Positions 43,630-56,389 of a stretch of DNA of 64,000 bases are shown in pieces. This DNA comes from Eledone cirrhosa (taxonomy: Eukaryota): positions 86,490,001 through 86,554,000 of the forward strand of contig OZ024744.1 of the NCBI GenBank assembly GCA_964016885.1, written 5' to 3'. The translations under genes were made by a program, and so were the position numbers. The notes beneath the pieces were generated by a model, which did no database searches, had not been told where the DNA came from, and saw only the letters and a program-made list of their open reading frames with translations. Positions within the stretch are counted from its first letter, which is position 1; each line of letters opens with the position of its first letter.

Positions 43630-45460
43630 ACTTACCTTGATTTTGTGATGAAGGGACAGTAGAACAGTCCCTTTGGCTGGTCATGGGTGTTTTCAAGAGG
43701 ATGTCAGTGTATATCATCTTGGTAACCGACCCGCTGAAGTCTCCAACTGCGTTGAGGAATTTTTGTTTTAGAAGTTTGTACTGTTCTATTTTGATTTCAA
43801 TAATGCTTATGTTTGTCGGGAGAGTTCTTGGTGTTGGTGGGGTGTATTAGTTTTTTTTCTGTGATGTCTGTGTGCTGCTTTATATGTTGTATGTGTTCTT
43901 TATTTGCCATGTTTATGGCTGTTTACTTTTTGGGGGGAGGGGTGATTTTGTTGCTGTTTTCTTGTTGCTGTTGGGTGTGTGTTTTGTTGTGTTTGCGATG
44001 CTGGTGTTTTTGGCGATGCTGGTGGTGGTGTGGTTGTTATTGGTGGTGATGCTTGTGGTGGTTGTGGTGATGATGTTGTAGGCAAGTCTCCTAGCAACCT
44101 TTACCCCTCTTTGTCTGCCTTCTCTTTTGGAGGGTGAAGCTAACGGGTTTTTTCTCGCTTGTTTTTTTGTGACAGACCGTTTGCCACCTCCCTCCCGCCT
44201 CATAGTCCATGTCAGATTCCGTGGCGTCTGGGAGGGGTATGAGTTCCACTGCTGTTGGTGGTGGTACTGGAGCCCTCTCCGGCGATTTTGCCGCCGGTGT
44301 GGCTACTGCGACTGTTGGTGTTGCCGCCCCTGCTACCGCTGCTTTACTTGTCCAGGCCTTGGTATGGGTGCCACCGACGTTGCCCTCATAGTCACCATGG
44401 AAGTGTCTTCTGCCTCTGTTGCCTGCCCTGCTCTTTGTAGTAGCAGATCAGGCGTCGGACGGAGGGTAGTCCTCTTCTTGGCTTCCTTCTGCGGGCAGAA
44501 AGCGCTGAGGTGACCCTTCTGCCCACAGAGATAGCACTTTTGGCGACTTCCTTCCACGCTTATAGGGAGTTGGAGCCCTTCTTCGAGGTCTATGATGCCT
44601 GGGATGGCCTCGATGCACTCCTGGTCAGTCTGTATTAGCATTTGCATGCCTATTCCTGACCAGTTCTCTCTTCCCATTCTCTGTTTTTGCAGTATGGTGA
44701 TCTTCTCCTCGATTCCAGCCAGTACAGACGAGGCCAGCCAAGGTATGGACACGGCGGGCGGGACCTGGGTCACTTTGACCCTCAAAATTTACTGTCCGCA
44801 GTAGGAGGGCACCAAGACAATCTCCTCACTATTTAGGGTTTCCAAAGAGTGAGACTTCGCATCTTGGAGGGGGGGGGGTACGTCTACTGTGGCGTACTTT
44901 CTGCCTCGGGTGATGTGGTTTTGCGCGCCCAGACGCACCCCATGTGAAATTTTGCTTACGGTGCGGTAAGTCACCGTCCGTAGGTGCTGGCCATTGAAGA
45001 AATCGGGTGGAGGTTTCAGGGAAAATCTATTGGCGTTTCTTGCCACCATGGCACTTGCGACTGCCATCTCCTCCTCTGTGACTAACACTGTCTGGATATT
45101 TCGGGGCAGACCTGCAAAAGAAGTGGTCCCTTTTTCAGCAGCACCACTATTGCTGCCGCTACTGGTGCTGCTGGTGGTGCTGAGATCCCTATTACAGGTA
45201 TTACTGTTGCTGTTGTTACTGTTATTGTGGCTGTTGTTATTATTGTTGTTTTTGTTGATACTGTTCCTACTATTATTGTTGTTGTGGCTGTGGTTATTGT
45301 CATTGTTATTGTCGTCCTCGACCTTACCGCTGTTATTTTTGTTATTGTTGGTGTTATTGATGGTTTTGTTGTTGGTGTTATTGTTGGTGTTGTTTGTGTT
45401 AAAAATATTTAGTAATTTTAAATCTGTAACAATATCATTAAAAAGGATATTGTTCCTCAT
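43630..45460 (-). pseudogene. Tx1-like ORF1 with Asn-rich N-terminus and gag-like zinc knuckle
   Basis: KCYLCGQKGHLSAFCP (CX2CX4HX4C); in-frame stop near 44789. Confidence 0.8.
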
Positions 45461-45822
45461 TTCCTTCGTAATATTTCCTTTATTACCTTCGCTAGTACGC
45501 TGTCTTGTTGATATGTTGACAGATTCTCTCTCTCTCTCTCTCTGTTGTCTGACAGCGCTCTCTCTCTTTCTTGTGTTATCTATGTTGAAAGAAATTTTTT
45601 TTTAAATAATATTTTTACACAATACGACACCCCGTAAAGGGGTGCTGTATTATTCACGAGTGAACCCCTGTATTAGGTGGGTCACTTCTTTTAAACTTTT
45701 ATCAAGTTTAAAACTTGAATAAAAGGTTTAGAACGGTTGAGAACGAGGTAAACTGTTGAAAAAAACTGGAGGCGATAAGAAGCGTGGCTTCACCTTCAAT
45801 AATAATAATAATAATGATAATG

Positions 45823-47172
45823 ATTTCTTTATTGGCCACAAGGGCTGACATCAAGAAAAACATTACATACCGCACAGGACGGTACAGGACGGTACGATGT
45901 GGGTTTTGTGTGTGTAAATATTTTTATTATACACGCACAAAACCCACATCAAATAATAATAATAAAAATAATTTTATTTATTAGCCACAAGGGCCGACAT
46001 GTAGGGTACAATACAAAGACACAGACAGTGGGGGTTTACAATAAGGTCGAGTAAAAGTGCACAATGGCAAGACTAATTTAACAATGAAGATATAAATATA
46101 TAAAATAAACTATGCATAAATATAACAAAATAAATTCCCCTATAGGGGCGGACGACCCTGGGGTGACTCACGTACCCCACCAATCCTGAACCACCCTGCG
46201 ATCTAGGGCACCAGTCTCTCCCTCTCAAATTAGCTAGCCTATAGGCACATGGCCATTCTCGCCACCTTCATCCACGTTTTAGCAAATGTACTGGGGGACA
46301 GTACTTCTCTTTCCACCCTCACCTTCCTTTCCCGGTGAAACTTGAAGAAGTTGATGAGGGATTGGCCGAAGAGAAAATTGTCTGTCTTTTGTCCTTTCAA
46401 TCTGGTCCACCATATAACCTCTTTCGCAACTACCACCAGACAGGAAAATTTCCTGCTTTTCCTGGCCAAAGGAAGGCGGCGGGTCGATCTTCACTATGGA
46501 TTCTGCCGATAGCCGGATCCGTCTACACGCGACAATAGCTGATCGACATAACTCCACAAGTCAGTAATGCACGGACATTGGACAAGTGTCGTCAAGGTAG
46601 GTACTGAAGTCCGTTACTGTCTCTGACCCGCCACTCTCCCCGAACAGCCGAGCAAAGGCCTCACACATATCCGCTTGGAATCGTTTATCTCGTGTCCTTC
46701 TCGGTCCGCCAAAGACCGAATTGTGGTTTTATTACCACGATGCATCTCCTCAAAGTGGGCCCATCGAACAGCTGGTTCCCTCGTTTCTCAGAGCACGCGC
46801 CTTAGCTCTGACAATGCAACCTTCGTGTTTCGCATAGAAGAAATGGTCTAATGCCATTCTCGCCGTTAGCACGTCCGTTGTAATGCCACTACAAATAGCC
46901 TCGTGTCACTTAGCTACCAGCTCCTCCTCCTTTCTAGTCTTCTCTAGCGCTACTTCTTTGCTGAACCCTATCGAAGTTACTCTAATCTCTCTTTTGAGAA
47001 CCCCTCACCACCTGTTTTTGACGATCCCCCTTGTCAACTTTTGCTTAACTAAATTGTTAACCCGGTCCCTGTAAGCCTTACGTGTCGGAAATGACATGTC
47101 CAGCTTCCAGTAACCAGGTCCTAACCCACGCGTCTTATCTAGGTCGACCATACAGATCACAAAATTGTGATC
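45823..47172 (-). mobile_element. Tx1-like 3' stub (45823-45945) and an internally deleted copy of a diverged subfamily (45975-47172)
   Basis: AKEVIWWTRLKG..LINFFKFH..VRVEREVL; HEGC region; GYWKL. Confidence 0.85.
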
Positions 47173-47197
47173 TGAATAATAATAACAATAATAATAA

Positions 47198-47458
47198 TGA
47201 AGGTGGAAAACTGGGAGAGGGCACTTGCCCTGGTTGTCTGGGTCACGGTGGCTTTTTAATGAGCTTTATTCACGAGTGTTCCTCGGAAGGCTCCCACCCT
47301 ATTGGGAAATTTTCCTTTGTTTCTTTTTTCTTGTTATTTCTTTGGCTATTTTCTTTACACGCAGAAATGCCCATTTGTACTGTCCTGTACCGTCCTGTGC
47401 TGTCCTTAATGTTATACTTTATGTCTACCCTTGTGGTTAATAAAGAAAACGAGAAAAC
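47198..47458 (+). mobile_element. Tx1-like 3' UTR-only stub between (AAT)n tracts
   Basis: Matches 3985-4230. Confidence 0.85.
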
Positions 47459-47617
47459 AATAATAATAATAATAATATCAATATTAATAAGAGCAACAAG
47501 AAAACCAAAAAAGCAAGAAAAGAAAGGATCTGAGGCAAAGAGTAGAAAAGTAATATGCCGTGACTTGTGACTTTGAAGAGATTTCATACCTCACCACACA
47601 CATATAATTGTGAATGA

Positions 47618-47704
<87 letters not shown>

Positions 47705-47761
47705 TGTGTGTGTGTGTTTGTGTGTGTATATATGTATATATGTATGTACACACACACACAT

Positions 47762-47800
<39 letters not shown>

Positions 47801-48139
47801 CGTGTATATATATATATATATATACGTGTATATATATATATTATAGTTGAATACATTTTGAACAATAGGTCAAGGTGTTTCGTATTTTTTTCTCTTATTG
47901 CTGTACGTGTGCCTGGGACCATTTAAAAGTTATTAAATAACAATAAACAATAACAATAGCACTAACAACTGCAACAACACCATCATCAACAACAATAACA
48001 ACAACAACTACTACTAATTCTTTATTACTCACAAGGGGGGGGGGGTTGACGCTTGAGACAATACAAGGACGAAGAAAAGAAAAACTTACTACGTGTAAAT
48101 TAAAGGGGTCATCAGCAAAAGGAAACAAATAAATATAAA

Positions 48140-48512
48140 TAATTGTTTCTACTTTTGGCACCAGGCCAGCAATTATCCCAGTACATTACTGGTACTTTAT
48201 TTTATCGTCACTGTAAGGATGAAAGGCAAAGTTAACATCGGCGGAATTTGAACTCAGACCGTAAAGGGACGTAACTCTTTGTTGCAAAGCATGGCGTCCG
48301 ACTCTCTACCGATACTGCCAATACTAGTATAGGCACAAGGCCAATAATTTTGGTGGGGAAAGTCGATTAAGACTGGTACCTTATTTTATCGACCCCCGTA
48401 AGGATGAAAGTCAAAGTTAACCTCGGCGGAATTTGAACTCAGACCGTAAAGGGACGTAACTCTCTGCTACAAAGCAAGACGTCCAACCCTCTACCGTTAC
48501 TCCCAATCCAGT
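48140..48512 (-). mobile_element. Two tandem tRNA-derived SINE copies
   Basis: Family matches at 48140-48322 and 48327-48512. Confidence 0.85.
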
Positions 48513-49908
48513 GTAAAAAATAATAGTAACAACAATACAGAATTATAATATAGTCTACAAGAAGGCATAACTCGCAAAGGTAAATCCTTGTGATGACCAA
48601 CACAATACACCCGCTGACGCTGTAGCATGAAAGGTATTAAAAGTATCCTCTCTCAAATTCATTCCTTCTGTCTAGAAAAACATAGTCAGACAAGATCCAC
48701 GAGGCCTCGACAATCTCATTGATCTTACCCATCGTTCATGAAATACCCTAGAACAGGCATGTCACACATGCGGCACTTTACAAGCACATTTGCGGTCCAC
48801 ACAAAGGTTTTTACAGTGCAAGCGTGTTTTATCTTGGTAAAATTTGTTGTAATGTGCGCAATTATTTGTCGTGTGTGGTCCTCAGACAACACAACACATA
48901 TGTGACCCATCTGGCCCTCGGGAGACCCGCAGTTTGACATTTCCTGTTACCCTCACCTTCATCCAAACGTATGATACGACACAAATGTCACTTGAAAAAA
49001 AGCTCTAGTATCCTGCTGGTATTCTTCCAGTATTGGGCCGACTGTCCAACACTATAACAATGACGTCGGTGGTGTACAGACACGGGTCTCCTGCGGGCCA
49101 GTTCAAATGGAATTCCTCTCACGATTTCTATTCTCAACAATAAGACAGGCAACGATAAAAACTAAAGAAATGGCGCCCTTGATTGACCGAGCGTTCGATG
49201 CGAAATCAACTTCTCTTACGACAGCATCCATTTCGACTCTGTCGAAATCTTTGAACAGTGATCGATTGACCATTTATTCAACAACGTATTTCATTTAGGT
49301 GAAAATTGTCATGCAAATAGCTATGTCAGGGATATCTAAGGTATTTGGGTTTCCGGCTACAATATCAATGACAGGCACCAATTTCTTGTCGGACACTTTT
49401 CCCAAAATCCTCAGTTGTATTCAGTAGAATTTAGGGCCCGAAATCCTCCATCACTTCCCAGGCTCCTGGAATATGGCGAGAAATGTTTTCACTCTGGTGC
49501 CAGATATAGTGGACAGCTACTTGTGAAGACAATAGCAAATTAATCTGGCATGTTAATATAAAGATCACAGGGCAACACATAAAAACGTGAAAATGTGTAC
49601 TTTTACACCGGCTCGACTCGTCCGTATTTTTATCTCCTAAGAACAGCTTTTTTCAGCATCCTGGCTCCTTGGCTGATAGTTGCAGCAGGACATTGACATA
49701 GACATCGAAGTACGCCGATTGAAGTGCATCAATCCTTGCAAAACCTTCGGCAATCTACTCCTGAAAAGCCGCGCATGCTTTCTAATAATCTTATCCTGTT
49801 GACATGTTGTTTTTAAATTACTCCCGAGTAAACAGATCCACCTTCGCACTATGTTGAGTGCTGTACCCTGCATACTGAAGTGTCGGTAACTAACCAACAC
49901 ATACGCAA

Positions 49909-49985
<77 letters not shown>

Positions 49986-49988
49986 CAT

Positions 49989-50023
<35 letters not shown>

Positions 50024-50061
50024 CATCTATTTTGTCGTTTCCTTGATATATATATATATAT

Positions 50062-52395
50062 ATAGTAATAATAATAAATTTGAAGACTAAAATCCAAAGA
50101 AGGCTCGATAGGGATAAATATATATCAAATATATAAGAACCGTAGAGCAAATATTTATTAAAATAACCGATTAGAGTTTAAGCAAAGAATCGCTGCTTTC
50201 ACCCTTAAGGGGATCTTCTGAAACTAAAAAAATCAATCTGTGAACGCAGAAGTAAATATTTCGAAAAACGTTGCACCCACGAAGACGATACTTTGGTTCG
50301 TGGATATGTACCCTGGCAATGAACGGAAAACAAGCGAAGATAATACGTCACTATTTGGAGCGCCGAGAACAATTACACGCGAAGACAAATCCACGTTTAT
50401 GGTATAAAAGAAGTTGTAGACTATTATTCTATTTAAGTGGTTCGAGGAGACGGTCCCTGGTAATGAATGGGTTTCGGTGAGGCTTTCCCGTCTATCGACA
50501 AACGAGCATATTTTCACCGACCATTCCACATATTACAATGAGCCTGTTGCTCGGAGTGGATTTGTCGATAAGGTAGCATATACTGAGTATGAGCATAGAC
50601 CTAGGAAAAATAGATCCCGACCAGTTATATGGTATAACCCACCATATAATATGGAGGTGGCCACACCATTAGCTAAGATCTTTCTCTCCCTCATTAAGAA
50701 GCATTTCCCTCAAACACATAAATATAATAACATTTTTAATAGAAATACCATTAAAATGTCTTACTCTACGACTCCTAACCTTGCACATAACATCACTGCT
50801 TCAAATTTAGCTAAATTATCTAGTCGTAGGAACACATGCACCCCTGTAGCTAGTACTAACTGTAATTGTAGGAATCGGGTTGACTGCCCCCTATCCAGGA
50901 AATGCCTCTCCAGAAACATTGTCTACAAATGTAAGGTTGAAACACCCACGTCCCGTAGGGCTACATAGTGTTAACCGCCAATAGATTGAAGCAGCGTCTT
51001 TACATGCATACCCATTCTTTTCTTAACCCTTTAAGAAGGAATATGACGTCACTTTCAGCTTATATCTGGAGTCTAAAAGACAACCACACCCAATATAGGT
51101 TACACTGGGAGGTCCTAGCTAAAGCTAGATCGTATAACGGAAATAAAAGACCATGTGACCTCTGCACCGCTGAAGCCCTGGAAATACTCTACGCCAATGA
51201 CTACATCTTAAACAAAAAATCTGAGCCAATTTCGGCTTGTAAATATAATTGCATAAAACTTTCCTGTATTACAGCCCCACATTATACCCTAACGGATAGT
51301 ACGAACAATACGCGGATAATTTACGTCTTGATGTGGTAGCTCAGTATATTTTATGTTTATACCATTATTTATTTGTATAGGTATGTATATATTACCCATA
51401 TGTTTTGTGAAGGTACGTATACTTTCTCGTACGTATATTTGCTTGTATTTGTTATAGGTGTATATATTATATTATATATACTGGTACATGCATATATAGT
51501 TATGTGTATACGTGTATTTTGCTTTTGTGTGTGTAGGGGGTTTCGCACGTATATTGGGTGTGTATATGTGTACTTTGTGTTTTGGTTGACGTAGTTTAGC
51601 GAACATATGTGTATTTACCTGTAGGTGTGTGTGTGCGTGAGTCATATACGTATTTATGTGTGTCTATTTATATACGTTTATATAATTATATGTATACATA
51701 TACATATATTTTATATATTTTTTTATGTGTATTTCGTGTACACGTTCGTATGCGTGCGAGTACAGGTCTTGCGCGGGTTATTGTATGTGTGCGCGTGTTT
51801 TGGGGAACGTGCTTGTATATGGTTACCATGGCGGGTGTTTTCGCGTATGAATGTGTATGTACGTTTATGGATGCGTGCACGTATATATTTAATTATTGTT
51901 GATTTCAATAACCTCTGTAATTTATTTACATTATTCTTAACTCTGAAGCCGAAAATCATTCGTTTCCTAAGTAGAATATTAGTCTACGACTTCAGTTATA
52001 CCATTTACGTTGTCTTGTCTTTGAGTGCAATTGTTCTCACGTCCACACAATAACGTATTATCTTCGCTTTTTTCCGTTCATTGCCAGGGAACGTCTCCTC
52101 GAACCACCTAAATAGAATATTAGTCTACGACTTCTTTTATACCATCAACGTTGTTTTGTCTTTGCGTGTAATTGCTCTCACCGCTCCAAATAAAGAGGTA
52201 TTATCTTCGCATTTTTTTCGTTCATTGCCAGGGAACGTTTCCATGAACCAAAGTATCGTCTTCCTGATTGAAACTTTTTTCGAAATATTTCCTTCTGCGT
52301 CCACAGATTGATTTTTTTAATTTCAGGAGATCCTATTAAAGGTGAAAGCAGCGATTCTTTGCTTAAACTTTAATCTGGTATTTTAATAAATAAAT
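50062..52395 (+). mobile_element. 5'-truncated Naiad-type Penelope-like element with inverted pLTR on its 5' side, in (TA)n
   Basis: About 50150-50470 is the reverse complement of about 52075-52392; coding remnant between; tandem duplication of about 142 bp in the 3' region. Confidence 0.85.
50477..51260 (+). pseudogene. Naiad PLE RT thumb/linker + GIY-YIG endonuclease, frameshift near 50962
   Basis: VIWYNPPY, KHFP..IFNRNTIKMSYS, CNCRNRVDCPL..CL, IVY..YI(V)LT, LSAYIWSLK, CDLC..E, LNKKSE. Confidence 0.87.
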
Positions 52396-52422
52396 ATATA
52401 TATATATATTCATGTGTATATA

Positions 52423-52522
<100 letters not shown>

Positions 52523-52554
52523 CGTGTATATATCTTTTTCCTCTCTAGTATATG

Positions 52555-52623
<69 letters not shown>

Positions 52624-52831
52624 ACAAATAGTAGAGAGGAAAAAGATATTTTCAGTAGAAAATGCTGAACAGATTCTTTCAGTTGGATGATATCTGCAGC
52701 CAACAGAGAAAGAAGGACAAACACGGACATAGATATAACTCTCCTCTCTAAATATGTATGTGAAAACTAAGAATTTTTCTTTTCCTTTGTATTATTCGTA
52801 AAAATATGCAACATAACTACATTATGCATAT

Positions 52832-52880
52832 CTGCAGTTGAAAAAGCATATAATGCTGAAACCGGTATTATTAAATGCGG
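52832..52880 (+). ncRNA. Hammerhead-like motif, U3-A8 variant
   Basis: TTGAAAA-AGCAT ata ATGCT-GAAA-CCGG-TA; stem I weak or bulged. Confidence 0.55.
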
Positions 52881-53277
52881 AAATATCCACTTACAAATAA
52901 ATGTTTTGATATCATACTTAAAGAATCTCTTCAGCATTTACATCAGGAAAAAATCTTTTTCCTCTCTACTATTTGTTTTTATATATATCAACTCGTGTGT
53001 TACTTTTCTACATTCCATATATATATATATATTATATATATATATATATTAGAAAGTGAGGTATTTTTTACAAAATGAAAAATAACCGAGGTGTCCTACG
53101 CGAGTGAAAGTATAAAGAAAAAGAGATGAAATCGAAAATGCAACTGAAGTCTTATTTAAAAAAAAATATATATATTTATTTGGTTCCTTTACCGGTTTCG
53201 CAGTTCTTCTGCTTTTCAAAAGGTGAGTTGAGATGGAGGGTCTGTGGTTTTTCTCACAGACCCTCCATCTCAACTCA

Positions 53278-53315
53278 CCTTTTGAAAAGCAGAAGAACTG
53301 CGAAACCGGTAAAGG
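53278..53315 (+). ncRNA. Minimal hammerhead, U3-A8 variant; identical inverted copy at 53186-53223 (-)
   Basis: CCTT-TTGAAAA-GCAG aagaa CTGC-GAAA-CCGG-TA-AAGG in palindrome 53113-53388; decayed copy near 37885-37925. Confidence 0.7.
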
Positions 53316-53622
53316 AACCAAATAAATATATATATTTTTTAATAAAATAAACTTCAGTTGCATTTTCGATTTCATCTCTTTTTCTTTAGATATATATATA
53401 TATATGTAGGTGTATGGTTGCAAGAAAAAGATTGTGTCCGTAGGCGGTATGCCTAGTGAGCACTCAATGCTCACGCAGAGCAGAGTATAATATTATTAGA
53501 TTAAAGGAATACAGATTCAGTGTTGCATCATAACATATTTAATAACATATTACATAACTTTCTTATGTGATTTCGTCTCCGATTCTATAGATTCATACAA
53601 TCGGAGACGAGATCTCATAGGA

Positions 53623-53716
53623 AACATACCTGATGATCTTTCGATTAAAGAGTCAGGTTTGGTCAATAATAAGTCGTCCCTCGAACTGATCGATAGTGAA
53701 ACATATGTAATATGTT
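53623..53716 (+). ncRNA. Type I hammerhead ribozyme with long stem II
   Basis: AACATAC-CTGATGA-TCTTTCGATTA..TGATCGATAGT-GAAA-CATATG-TA-ATATGTT; downstream flank inverted at about 53495-53555. Confidence 0.75.
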
Positions 53717-53775
53717 ATCAAATATGTTATGATGCAACACTGAATCTTTCTTCCTTATTTCTAATAGTATATATA

Positions 53776-53876
<101 letters not shown>

Positions 53877-54818
53877 TTGTGTGTGCGTGGGGGGGGGGGG
53901 GGGGTACATATTTTATTTGAGAATATTTCGGCCTTGAAAACTATTTCCTACAATGTACGTGCAACCCAAATTGGATCGCGTACCACCAATGCAAACGTTT
54001 TGCTTTCCTTCCCTGCTTTTCAAAAAAAGAAAAACGGAAACAATTATAGTAATAATAATGACAAAAAAAACAAAACTAACAATAGCAAAACCAATAACAA
54101 ACACAACAGCAGCAGCAAAAAAGTATAAAAATTAGCCAATGTAAACAAAAACAAACAAAAAAGTATACAAGTTATTGCATTGTACAGTTTCTATTTAATT
54201 TATTTTTCAAATAAAGTTCATGTCAATTTAAAACTTCAAAATCTTAGAATCCAATCTGCTAAAGAAGAAGAAAATAAAAAAAATGTAATTTAAATAAAAT
54301 AAAATTAGAAATCCGTATTTTAGGAACCTCTCATAAAATTGATCCCCCACTCACACACACACACACAAACAAAAATGACATGCCAAAATCATCTTTTAAT
54401 TTTTTTTAATTAATTAAAAGTGTGGTATTTAGGGTTAAAGTAGCTGCATATCTTTTTAAGGACGTGTACAATTTACAAGAAGGGTTAAAAGGATGTTAAA
54501 TTTAGAGGGAATTTATTTAAAATAAAATAAAAAATAAACAAAGGGAACTAACAGAAAAATAATAAAAACGGAATGAAAAAATTAATACGCTCCTTAAAGA
54601 CATGGTCGTTCTATCAACAGACTTGAGCATATGACATTTAATCAGTCACTCGTTAAGTAAGAAACAAAAATCTGTCATCTTATTCATTTATATCTCATTT
54701 ACAAGGATTAGTTCGCTGCACCAGATCTCTACACCCCACGAACCGAAATACAAGAACAATATCAAGAATAATAATTAAAAAAAAATAAAAAAAATATATA
54801 TATATTTTATTATATTGT

Positions 54819-55096
<278 letters not shown>

Positions 55097-55775
55097 TGAA
55101 TATAAAAGAAAGACGAACACAGATATATATATACATATATACATATATGTGTTCAAATCGTAAGGGACCAGATTCGCTAAGGTGAAAAGAATACTAACTA
55201 GAGAGTATATACTAGTGCTATTTTATTGTAAGAGACTATTTTTAATTTCTAACTCAATATATTTTGATATATTCGGCTCCGTTAATTTTTTGTGCTAATT
55301 CAAATGTTGAATAAACCTGGCTGTTATTTTTAGTGGTGTAAGTTTGTGAGACGCGTTAAGTTCAGATATCATGTGCGTTGTTATATATACGCACACTATT
55401 CAGTTACTTAATATACTTAGAAGTGTCTAGGATACTAATTCTTCACCCACTGATGAGCAAGAATTGGCATTCCTGTTCACAATAAATTTTGCGAAACAGC
55501 AGTACCAAAAGCTGTCTGGGTGATTGGTAGTTACCACAATTCCGGTTTGTATTTAGTTTCTTGATGTATTCTTAAATTGAGTCAGGCAAACCCTATTGTC
55601 TATAGTTACTATTCTTATAACCTTAGCGAATCTGGTCCCTTACGATTTGAACACATATATGTATATATATGTGTTCGTCTTTCTTTTATATTCACTTATA
55701 AGATACGGCTCGGAAAAATCTCTTTCCTAGAGCTATTTTATTGTAAGAGACTATTTTGAGTTTCTAACTCAATAT
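55097..55775 (+). mobile_element. Retrozyme-like element family F: inverted fragment + 515-nt monomer with terminal direct repeats
   Basis: Direct repeat of about 49 nt at 55212 and 55727; 55097-55200 is an inverted copy of about 55600-55694. Confidence 0.82.
55443..55523 (+). ncRNA. Canonical type I hammerhead ribozyme
   Basis: TCACCCA-CTGATGA-GCAAGA..TTTTGC-GAAA-CAGC agtaccaaaa GCTG-TC-TGGGTGA. Confidence 0.92.
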
Positions 55776-55780
55776 ATACC

Positions 55781-55833
<53 letters not shown>

Positions 55834-56192
55834 TAAATATGTTTTGAAACAGTGAGCAGGTTTGAAATTAGAAAATAGAATAGCTTTCGCCGTATTTTTT
55901 TACTAAAGAAATTTTAGTCTGATAATGGGGTTTAGAACCCTCAGATAAATGGAAAAAGATGAGTATTGACGTACATGGGCGTCGAACCCACATCTTTGGT
56001 TATCAGAACACTGTGCTACCATTTACACCAACACATCACCCATCTCCTTCTATTCAAATTTCTTTAGTCAAAAATACGGTGAAAGCTATTCTATTTTCTA
56101 ATTTCAAACCTGCTCACTGTTTCAAAACATATTTATTTGTCATTTATACTCGCTATGAATGTAGCTTCTAATTGGAATGGAAGGAGATGGGT

Positions 56193-56264
56193 GATGTGTT
56201 GGTGTAAATGGTAGCACAGTGGTCAGGATAACCAAAGATCTGGGTTCGACTCCCATTTACGTCA
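56193..56264 (+). pseudogene. tRNA-like sequence with irregular anticodon arm; inverted copy at 55967-56037
   Basis: A-box TGGTGTAAATGG, D stem GTGT/GCAC, T arm TGGG-TTCGACT-CCCA, T5 run about 10 nt downstream. Confidence 0.65.
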
Positions 56265-56345
56265 ATACTCATCTTTTTCCATTTATCTGAGGGTTCTAAA
56301 CCCCATTATCAGACTAAAATTTCTTTAGTAAAAAGATACGGTGAA

Positions 56346-56389
<44 letters not shown>

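Larger units (their letters stand above)
40141..45797 (-). mobile_element. Near full-length Tx1/L1-clade LINE flanked by (TAA)n on both sides
   Basis: 5' UTR, ORF1, ORF2, 3' UTR with AATAAA; homologous to 1-4231. Confidence 0.93.

Noticed and set aside
48725-49300. Possible piggyBac-like remnant (Cys-rich fragment on minus)
   Set aside because: No TTAA/TIR ends or catalytic motifs recognised
50185-50225. Family D motif CAGAAGA-TCCC..GGGT-GAAA-GCAGC as a hammerhead
   Set aside because: U4A core, no UH cleavage triplet and no stem I; at most a relic
50477-51339. Selenocysteine recoding as reported for some Naiad PLEs
   Set aside because: The interruption is a frameshift giving TAG; the Cys motifs use normal codons
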